In this document: one piece after another, positions 25,275 through 32,000 of the stretch
Layout: every line of letters begins with the position of its first letter
Position numbering within the stretch: position 1 is the stretch's first letter
DNA from: Candidatus Saccharimonadota bacterium
GTDB lineage: Archaea; Nanohalarchaeota; Nanosalinia; Nanosalinales; Nanosalinaceae
Assembly: GCF_029232205.1 (NCBI RefSeq)
Contig: NZ_CP107255.1
Span: forward strand, 450,001 to 482,000
Length of the DNA stretch: 32,000 nucleotides
Reading direction: 5' to 3'
Program-made: the position numbers and the translations under genes
The notes under the pieces: generated by a model
Seen by the model: only the letters and a program-made list of their open reading frames with translations
Told to the model about the DNA's origin: nothing
Databases searched by the model: none

Positions 25275-26345
25275 ATGAACGACCTAATCATAGTCGGAGC
25301 AGGCCCAGTAGGATCACACCTCGCACAGAAAATGCAGGAAAAAAGCCTCAACGTCCTCGTAATAGAAAGAAGCAATGAAATAGGAAGGCCTCTCGCATGC
25401 TCAGGCCACGTATCGCCCGACATCTGGAACTTCGTACCAGAAGATGCAAGAGAAAGGCTCTACCAGAATGAAATAAAAGGGGCCAATTTTCACACAGAAT
25501 CCGACAAAGAATACACTTTCTACAAAAAAGAGACAGTCTCCTACGTAATTGACAGAGTAGAGCTCGATAAATTAAAGGCGGAAGAGGCCCAGAAAGCAGG
25601 AGCAGAATACCGAATGGGAGAAACAGTCCTGGAAGTAGAAGAGAAAGAAGACAAAGTAATAGTTGAAACAGACAGCGACACATACGAGGCCAGAATGGTG
25701 GCAGGCTGCGACGGCGCATCCTCAACAGTCAGATCCAAAGCAGGCCTCCCTGAACCAGACCATTTCTATCAGGGAATACTCTGCTTCTCCAACGAAAAAG
25801 ACTCTTCAGATCACGTAGACGTATTTCTTGAAGTACCGAAGTTTTTCGGCTGGAGAATACCACGTACAGACTCCGTAGAGTACGGAGCAGCAGTACCAAA
25901 AGGAGAAAACCCGCGAAAATGGCTGAACAAAGTAACAGACGGATACATTACGGAAGAAGAACAGGAAAACATCTGCGCAGGAGCAATACCCATAGGCCCT
26001 CCTGAAAAAGTTACTTCGGAAAGAATTTTTCTGGCAGGAGATGCCGCAGCTCAAACCAAGCCATTCACAGGAGGAGGAATACTTTATGGAATGCGGGCGG
26101 CAGAAAAAGCAGCAGAGACAATCGATGTAGAAGAACCTCCATCTCTTGAAGACTACGAAAAGGCCTGGAGAAAAGAACTTCTCAACGATATCAGAGTAGG
26201 TTCGATCGCAGAATCAGCTTATTCGTGGCCTGAAATAATACAGAGAGCAGGAATGAGATTCTTCGAGGGAGAGATCGGAGTACACATGGACAGGCCAACC
26301 TCGCTATTCAGCATTCAGCAAATTAAGACGTTATTCAAGCGATAA
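25275..26345 (+). CDS. geranylgeranyl reductase family FAD-dependent oxidoreductase
   Basis: N-terminal DLIIVGAGPVGS (GxGxxG), GCDGASSTVR and FLAGDAAAQTKPFTGGGI motifs, characteristic of archaeal GGR. Confidence 0.85.
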   Translation: MNDLIIVGAGPVGSHLAQKMQEKSLNVLVIERSNEIGRPLACSGHVSPDIWNFVPEDARERLYQNEIKGANFHTESDKEYTFYKKETVSYVIDRVELDKLKAEEAQKAGAEYRMGETVLEVEEKEDKVIVETDSDTYEARMVAGCDGASSTVRSKAGLPEPDHFYQGILCFSNEKDSSDHVDVFLEVPKFFGWRIPRTDSVEYGAAVPKGENPRKWLNKVTDGYITEEEQENICAGAIPIGPPEKVTSERIFLAGDAAAQTKPFTGGGILYGMRAAEKAAETIDVEEPPSLEDYEKAWRKELLNDIRVGSIAESAYSWPEIIQRAGMRFFEGEIGVHMDRPTSLFSIQQIKTLFKR

Positions 26346-26388
26346 AGTGCCAAAGACTTGATAAGTTTCTCACCCCAAACTTGATTAG

Positions 26389-27108
26389 ATGGCACTGATT
26401 AATCTGGAGGATGTAGTAAAAGAATATCAGATGGGTGAGAACATTGTACAGGCCCTAAGAGGTTCTAATCTTCAGATAGAGGAAGGAGATTTCGTTGCAA
26501 TCATGGGGCCTTCCGGATCAGGAAAATCTACTCTTATGAACATGGTAGGAGCTCTCGATGTACCTACAAGAGGAAAAGTAACTCTCGATGACAACAATCT
26601 ATCAGATCTCTCGGAAAATGAACTCGCCCGGTTAAGAAGTGAGAAGGTAGGTTTTGTATTTCAGAAATTCAATCTTATCTCCTCAATGACGGCCCAGGAG
26701 AACGTTGCTCTGCCGATGCTGTTCCGTGGCGCATCGAGAAAGGAGAGGATGGAAAGAAGCAGAGAACTGCTGGAAAGGATGGGCCTGGAGGATAGATTGG
26801 ATCACATGCCTTCAGAGCTTTCAGGAGGACAACAGCAGAGAGTATCGATTGCCAGAGCACTGGTAAACGATCCTGAGATCATTCTTGCAGATGAGCCGAC
26901 AGGAAACCTCGATACAGAGACCGGTGACAAAGTAATGGATCTACTGAAAGAACTGAATGAAGAGGAAGGGAAGACAATTATCATGGTTACGCACGATCCA
27001 CACGACGCCCAGTACGCGCAGTACATTGTCGACATAACAGATGGCGTAACAACGAAAAAGGAAAAAGAAGAAAACTATGAATATACAACTCGAGTTGAAG
27101 AGGATTAA
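26389..27108 (+). CDS. ABC transporter ATP-binding protein, MacB/LolD/FtsE-type
   Basis: Walker A GPSGSGKST, Q-loop, signature LSGGQQQRVSIARAL, Walker B ILADEPTGNLD and H-loop VTHD. It is followed by FtsX-type permeases. Confidence 0.9.
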   Translation: MALINLEDVVKEYQMGENIVQALRGSNLQIEEGDFVAIMGPSGSGKSTLMNMVGALDVPTRGKVTLDDNNLSDLSENELARLRSEKVGFVFQKFNLISSMTAQENVALPMLFRGASRKERMERSRELLERMGLEDRLDHMPSELSGGQQQRVSIARALVNDPEIILADEPTGNLDTETGDKVMDLLKELNEEEGKTIIMVTHDPHDAQYAQYIVDITDGVTTKKEKEENYEYTTRVEED

Positions 27109-27116
27109 ATAATACT

Positions 27117-28307
27117 ATGAAACGACTTGCAATAGCTTTAACACTTGTAGCCTTGTTTTCAGGGCTTGCATCATCACAAACACAGACAGCCTCACCGCCA
27201 AACCAGATAGAATTACAGGTAATGTCTACAGAACCTTCGCCTTTACAGATAGGCCAGTACGCCGATGTAAGATTCAAAGTTACCAATGAAAGATCTGACG
27301 ACTTTGACAATGTAACAGTACTTTTCAGAGAAAACTATCCTTTCTCGGTGGATCCAGATAACAAGAAAAGATGGAGGATCGCAAGCCTTGAATCTGGAGA
27401 CAGCTACCAGTTCAGAATGCAGGTAAGAGTCGACTCCAACGCACTACAGGGAGAAGAAACAATGGAATTCAGAGTTGAGACAGCAAACGGAGCGAGAACA
27501 TTTGAAATACCTGTACAGGTAAAAGCTGACGACGACGGCCTCGTCATAAGCGATGTATCGTTCCCGGAAAAAGTAGCGCCAGGAACCTCAAGAACAATGA
27601 ATCTAACAATAGAAAACACGGCAAGAGCCTACTTCAGAAACGTAGAAGTATCCGTCAATCCTGACGCAAGCACACCGGTAGTAACTTCAGGAACATCAGG
27701 AAAGAGAATAGGAAGCATAGAATCAGGAGAAACCGAAGAAGTATCTTATACACTTAACATCGATGAAGGAGCAGAAAACGGAGTATACAGAATCCCTCTC
27801 GAACTCGAATACGAAAACGAAGCAGGAGCATCACTATCCAAATCAGAGACCACAGGAATTGTAGTAGGAGGAAGCCCACAGATAGAGGTAGGCCTTAACG
27901 ACGATGGAGCAATTCCTTCAGGATCCACGGGTACAGTAACCTTCAGATTCATCAACAGAGGAGAAGGAACAGCAAAATTCGTAAAAGTAGAAGTTCTTGA
28001 AGGAGAAAACTACATTATCCGAACAGGAAGCAGCGTATACCTGGGAGACATGAATTCAGACGACTACCAGACAGCAGAATCTGAAATCTACACTTCTCCA
28101 GGCACAGACACAATCAATATTCCTGTAAACGTAACCTACCAGGAAAACGGAGAGGAAAAGACACTTACAGAAACAGTAACAGTGGATGCACTGACATCTG
28201 AAGAAAGAAACCTCTACGGCAGCTCTTCAGGCAGCCCTATCCTTCCCGTGGTAATAGTAATCCTACTGCTGGCAGGAGGCCTCTACTACTGGAGAAAAAG
28301 AAGGTAA
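27117..28307 (+). CDS. cell-surface protein with three tandem CARDB/COG1361-like beta-sandwich domains and a C-terminal TM anchor
   Basis: It has a signal peptide (LTLVALFSGLASS). Three ~105-aa segments share the same alternating-strand pattern (…VRFKVTNERSD…, …MNLTIENTARA…, …VTFRFINRGEG…). The C-terminus is PVVIVILLLAGGLYYWRKRR. Confidence 0.6.
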   Translation: MKRLAIALTLVALFSGLASSQTQTASPPNQIELQVMSTEPSPLQIGQYADVRFKVTNERSDDFDNVTVLFRENYPFSVDPDNKKRWRIASLESGDSYQFRMQVRVDSNALQGEETMEFRVETANGARTFEIPVQVKADDDGLVISDVSFPEKVAPGTSRTMNLTIENTARAYFRNVEVSVNPDASTPVVTSGTSGKRIGSIESGETEEVSYTLNIDEGAENGVYRIPLELEYENEAGASLSKSETTGIVVGGSPQIEVGLNDDGAIPSGSTGTVTFRFINRGEGTAKFVKVEVLEGENYIIRTGSSVYLGDMNSDDYQTAESEIYTSPGTDTINIPVNVTYQENGEEKTLTETVTVDALTSEERNLYGSSSGSPILPVVIVILLLAGGLYYWRKRR

Positions 28308-28313
28308 AGACCG

Positions 28314-29519
28314 ATGTTCGACTTCCTAAGTCTCGCAGTCAGGAACATCAGACACAGAAAGAAACGTTCCTGGCTCACAATCATCGGCACCATGGTAGGC
28401 ATCCTCGCCATAGTCTCCCTACTATCAATAGGACAAGGCCTGGAAAACAGTGTACAGGGCCAGATACAGGAACTCGGAGGAGACAAAGTCTTTGTAACAC
28501 CGGGAGGCAACAGCCTATCATCCCGATTCACATCAAGCACATCAAGACTTACAGATGATTCTCTCAGAACTATAGAAAACACTAGAGGTGTAGCAGAGGC
28601 CGAAGGAATAGTCTCTTCGTCCCTCAGAGTTGAATATACTGGAGAATCAAGATTCACTTCTATAATAGGCCTTCCTACCGAGAGAAACGCTGAACTGGTA
28701 AAAGAAGCCGCGGGTGTAGAAGTAAGCCGGGGCCGCTACCTCAGAGATACGGACCGGTACAGCGTCCTGGTAAGCGAGTCAGCGGCTGAAAACCTGTTTG
28801 AAGATGAAATACGTCTAAGATCCAAGCTCTCAATAAACGGAACAGATTACAGAGTAGTAGGAATTGTAGAATCTTCAGGAACAGCAGGCGGGGGCGTAAT
28901 AATGCAGATAGACGCCGCAAGAACACTGCTAGACAAAGAAGACGAATACGACCAGATAATTGCAAGAATAGATCCAGGATACGAGCCAACAGAAGTAGAG
29001 GAAAACATAAGAAGATCTCTCAGACAGGAAAGAGGCCTCAGAGAAGGAGAAGAAGACTTCACAACTCAGACAGCAGCCGACATCGCAAGCTCATTCCAGA
29101 GCCAGCTCAGCCTGATAAGAGGATTTCTGGTAGGCATAGGAGCAATATCACTTCTCGTAGGAGGAGTAGGAATCATGAACACGATGTACACCTCCGTCAC
29201 AGAAAGAACACAGGAAATAGGAGTCATGAAAGCAGTAGGCGCCACAAACTGGCAAATACTAAGACTATTCCTCATAGAATCAGGAATAATAGGCCTTGTA
29301 GGAGGCCTCCTGGGAGTGCTCGCAGGACTCGGAATAAGCCTCGCAGCCAGCAGAATAATTTCCTCACAGGTAGGCCTTGAAATATCGCCGGGAGTAAGCC
29401 CTACTCTACTCATAGGCTCACTCGGATTCGCATTCGTAATAGGCATGGTCTCAGGCCTGCTGCCAGCAAGAAAAGCATCAAAAATGAAGCCTGTAGACGC
29501 CCTGAGGTACGACAAATGA
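28314..29519 (+). CDS. ABC transporter permease, MacB/FtsX family (paralog 1)
   Basis: N-terminal TM, a ~220-aa extracytoplasmic domain, then an FtsX 3-TM core with GVGIMNTMYTSVTERTQEIGVMKAVGA. Confidence 0.85.
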   Translation: MFDFLSLAVRNIRHRKKRSWLTIIGTMVGILAIVSLLSIGQGLENSVQGQIQELGGDKVFVTPGGNSLSSRFTSSTSRLTDDSLRTIENTRGVAEAEGIVSSSLRVEYTGESRFTSIIGLPTERNAELVKEAAGVEVSRGRYLRDTDRYSVLVSESAAENLFEDEIRLRSKLSINGTDYRVVGIVESSGTAGGGVIMQIDAARTLLDKEDEYDQIIARIDPGYEPTEVEENIRRSLRQERGLREGEEDFTTQTAADIASSFQSQLSLIRGFLVGIGAISLLVGGVGIMNTMYTSVTERTQEIGVMKAVGATNWQILRLFLIESGIIGLVGGLLGVLAGLGISLAASRIISSQVGLEISPGVSPTLLIGSLGFAFVIGMVSGLLPARKASKMKPVDALRYDK

Positions 29520-30721
29520 TAGAATACATCAAAATGAGCTTCAGAAATATCTTCCGCAGAAAGAGGAGAACAGCGCTCACAGTCATAGGAATATTCATAG
29601 GAATAGCCGCAGTCGTATCTCTAGTATCTCTAGGACAGGGCCTTCAAACATCGATACAGGCAGAATTTGAATCAATAGGAGGCAATAAACTATTCATCAA
29701 TCCTGGAGGAGACCAGACACAGGGCCAGTTATCCAGTTCGGCCCGGCTAACACAGGAAGACCTCTCAGTAATCAGATCTGTACAGGGAGTAGACAGAGCT
29801 GACGGTGCAATATTCATGAGTACAGGAGTAACCTACAACGATGAACTACGCTACCTACCTGTCATCGGAATACCAACAGATCAGAACCAGGACCTGATAC
29901 TGGAGAGCTGGGCCATGGAAGTAGGAGAAGGCCGACTCGTAAGAGAGAACGACAGATACAATATAATGGCTGGAAGCAGAATAGCGAGAAACGTATTTAG
30001 CGAAGAAGCCGGAATAAGATCGAAACTCGAGGTAAATAATGAAGACTTCAGGATAATCGGAATACTTGAACCAACAGGCGACCCATCTATCGACACGGCA
30101 GTAATCATGCCAATTTCAGCAGCCAGAGAAACAATGGATAGGCCTGATGGATATGACTGGATATTTGCATCGGTAGAGGAAGGATCAAATGTAACAGAGA
30201 CAAAGGCCGACGTGGAAGAAGCACTGAGAAACAGAAGAGGCCTTAGAGAAGGAAGAGAGGATTTTACAGTATCAACATCGGAAGATCTTCTCGAATCCTT
30301 CAACAGCATACTTGGCGTGGTAACAGGAGTAGTAATCGGAATTGCATCAATATCTCTCTTCGTAGGAGCAGTCGGCATTATGAACACAATGTACACATCA
30401 GTCACTCAGAGAACAAGAGAGATAGGAGTTATGAAAGCAATAGGAGCACAGAAAGAACAGATAATGTTTATATTCCTGCTTGAATCAGCAGCAATAGGAT
30501 TTCTCGGAGGCCTAATGGGCCTACTATTCGGAGCAGGACTTTCAATGGCCGGCGCATTTGCAATCACTCAGGCCGCATCTCTCCAGATATCAGCATACCT
30601 AGGCCCAGAACTACTGCTGGGATCGCTGCTCTTCTCAACCATACTAGGAATTCTGTCGGGAGTCCTGCCGGCAAGAAGAGCCGCAGGCCTAGAACCTGCA
30701 GAGGCACTAAGATATGAGTAA
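29516..30721 (+). CDS. ABC transporter permease, MacB/FtsX family (paralog 2)
   Basis: Same architecture and length (401 aa) as paralog 1, with AVGIMNTMYTSVTQRTREIGVMKAIGA. The start overlaps the previous stop (ATGA at 29516..29519). Confidence 0.85.
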   Translation: MIEYIKMSFRNIFRRKRRTALTVIGIFIGIAAVVSLVSLGQGLQTSIQAEFESIGGNKLFINPGGDQTQGQLSSSARLTQEDLSVIRSVQGVDRADGAIFMSTGVTYNDELRYLPVIGIPTDQNQDLILESWAMEVGEGRLVRENDRYNIMAGSRIARNVFSEEAGIRSKLEVNNEDFRIIGILEPTGDPSIDTAVIMPISAARETMDRPDGYDWIFASVEEGSNVTETKADVEEALRNRRGLREGREDFTVSTSEDLLESFNSILGVVTGVVIGIASISLFVGAVGIMNTMYTSVTQRTREIGVMKAIGAQKEQIMFIFLLESAAIGFLGGLMGLLFGAGLSMAGAFAITQAASLQISAYLGPELLLGSLLFSTILGILSGVLPARRAAGLEPAEALRYE

Positions 30722-30783
30722 ACAGGGACAGATTAGCTTGAATTTAAAAGTCTAATAATCTGAATTCAGATAGGTAGAACAAT

Positions 30784-31449
30784 ATGCATCTAGGAGTTAT
30801 ACCGGATGGAAACCGGAGATACGCAGAGAAAAACGGACTTGCCAAGGCAAAGGCCTACAGAAAGGCAAAGAACGTAATCAAAGAAGTAGGCCAGCAACTT
30901 GAAGACAGAGAAATAGAAGAAGTCACGTTCTACCTTCTTTCCGAGGAAAACCTTGCCAGGCCTGATGAAGAACTACAGGATCTCTACCAGCTACTTGAAG
31001 ACAGTATAGCAGAGGTCGCAGAGGAATTTGGAGAAAGAGATTTTTCATTCAACTGGGCCTCCACCAATCCAGATGCGCTTCCAGAACACCTGCAGGAAAA
31101 ACTTTCAGACCTGGAAGAAGAGTTCAACGACGGAGAGAAACAGATAAATGCACTAATCTCCTACGACGGAAAAGCCGATGTAATGCAGGCCTCCAGCAAG
31201 ATATCAAAGGAATCAGGAGAATTCACCAGAGATGAGATGAGAGAACATCTTCAGATCAAATCTGACATTGATTTCGTTATCAGAACAGGAGACAATCCTG
31301 CGAGAGAATGTCTGTCAGGATTCCCGATCTGGAACGCCAGCTACGCAGAATTCTACCATATCAAGAAGAACTTCCCATCCGTCACACTTGAAGATGTGGA
31401 AGAAGCACTTGACCACTATCAGAAACTTAGAAGAAAGAAAGGCCGCTAA
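30784..31449 (+). CDS. uppS: cis-prenyltransferase (undecaprenyl/di-trans,poly-cis-polyprenyl diphosphate synthase family)
   Basis: N-terminal HLGVIPDGNRRYA (DGNRR[WY]A motif) and C-terminal FVIRTGDN...SGFPIWNASYAEFY (RTxGE...LWQ..YAE-like). Confidence 0.8.
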   Translation: MHLGVIPDGNRRYAEKNGLAKAKAYRKAKNVIKEVGQQLEDREIEEVTFYLLSEENLARPDEELQDLYQLLEDSIAEVAEEFGERDFSFNWASTNPDALPEHLQEKLSDLEEEFNDGEKQINALISYDGKADVMQASSKISKESGEFTRDEMREHLQIKSDIDFVIRTGDNPARECLSGFPIWNASYAEFYHIKKNFPSVTLEDVEEALDHYQKLRRKKGR

Positions 31450-31458
31450 AATAACATT

Positions 31459-31566
31459 ATGGTTGACAGATCATGCTGGAACTGCGGCACCACAATGACA
31501 AAATACGTAGCATGCGAACTTAAATGCATGAACTGTGGCCTAATAAGAGACTGCAGCGACCCTTAA
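31459..31566 (+). CDS. unlisted 35-aa zinc-ribbon micro-protein (MVDRSCWNCGTTMTKYVACELKCMNCGLIRDCSDP)
   Basis: Hand translation. It has two CxxCG knuckles (CWNCG, CMNCG) 13 residues apart. It starts 9 nt after the uppS stop, on the same strand. Confidence 0.5.
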   Translation: MVDRSCWNCGTTMTKYVACELKCMNCGLIRDCSDP

Positions 31567-31811
31567 AAAACAAATACTTCTCTATTTACTCCTCAATAAC
31601 TCTCTGCTTTGCACATCTATTACAGAGACCTAACATAGTTTTTCTACTGCAACCTTCAGCACAGCACTCGTTAAACACCAGAAAAAGATTTACACAAGAA
31701 TATTTAACCTAATCGAACACGAAAAACCGTTGTTATCCTTCGGGAGTTAATCAAAGGCCTCTTATCTGAATAATTAGAGACTTAAAAACTGAAGACAAGT
31801 TTATTCATAAA

Positions 31812-32000
31812 ATGGCCATTTCAAAGATAGAAATCGCTTTCACCTCCGCAATAATTCTCGCGGCATCTCTTGCATTTCTGGGACTAACACAGAAACCCAA
31901 GTTCGGAGTAGCCGACAGAGGAGACTGGAAAACAGCAAACCAGCAAAACGTAACCGTACAGACAGAGGCCTGGATCCAGAACCCGAGCAGAGTAACAGTA
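31812..32000 (+). CDS. N-terminal part of a membrane-anchored protein (runs off the window); possibly LEA_2/WHy-like
   Basis: The ATG at 31812 has TTAAAAA about 26 nt upstream. A TM anchor (IAFTSAIILAASLAFLGL) is followed by VTVQTEAWIQNPS, reminiscent of the NPN strand of LEA_2 proteins. The frame is open to base 32000. Confidence 0.45.
   Translation, partial: MAISKIEIAFTSAIILAASLAFLGLTQKPKFGVADRGDWKTANQQNVTVQTEAWIQNPSRVTV

Noticed and set aside
29066-30405. 149-aa and 174-aa antisense ORFs within the two FtsX permease genes
   Set aside because: These are shadow frames rich in S/T/P/I. The sense frames carry conserved FtsX motifs and are paralogous to each other over their full length.

Overview
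The window is a gene-dense (about 90% coding) chromosomal segment from what looks like a salt-in halophilic archaeon. Nearly every soluble protein is extremely D/E-rich. Archaeal markers are present: class I LysRS, geranylgeranyl reductase, and TATA boxes about 25-30 nt upstream of start codons, which fits leaderless mRNAs. The moderate-to-low GC together with the acidic proteome suggests a Nanohaloarchaeota-like organism, but this is only a guess. All calls rest on motifs I recognise by eye; no searches were run.

Supported content:
- a copper module (CopB-type P1B ATPase, a divergent PadR+TRASH/YHS regulator, MsrA)
- a secreted beta-propeller protein and an AhpD/CMD-like protein
- an ABC-2 exporter pair, a metallophosphoesterase and tRNA-Ala(GGC)
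- several small membrane proteins, a Ham1/ITPase, a DUF378 protein and a histone-fold protein with extensions
- a co-directional cluster: beta-helix membrane protein, histidine phosphatase, TraB/TIKI-like protein, Arg/Ser-rich protein
- an ATGA-coupled lysK-methyltransferase-rhomboid operon
- an S2P/M50 protease and an APC transporter
- a long + strand block: 2Fe-2S ferredoxin, GGR, MacB-type ABC ATPase, triple beta-sandwich surface protein, two FtsX permeases, UPPS, a mini zinc-ribbon ORF

No rRNA, CRISPR array, transposase or integrase was seen.

Most unusual signals:
1. The palindrome AGGCCT occurs about 95 times by hand count, against about 6 expected. It falls in all codon phases and in intergenic DNA.
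2. A TATA-driven 25-codon upstream ORF repeats the first nine codons of lysK with almost only synonymous changes. It stops on a GTGA overlap with the lysK GTG start.
3. One protein carries a long Arg/Ser/Gly/Asn stretch with no acidic residues, in an otherwise acidic proteome.
4. Three divergent gene pairs sit 52-56 nt apart around a single central TATA element.
5. An archaeal MacB/FtsX module with a surface partner lies between isoprenoid-lipid genes.
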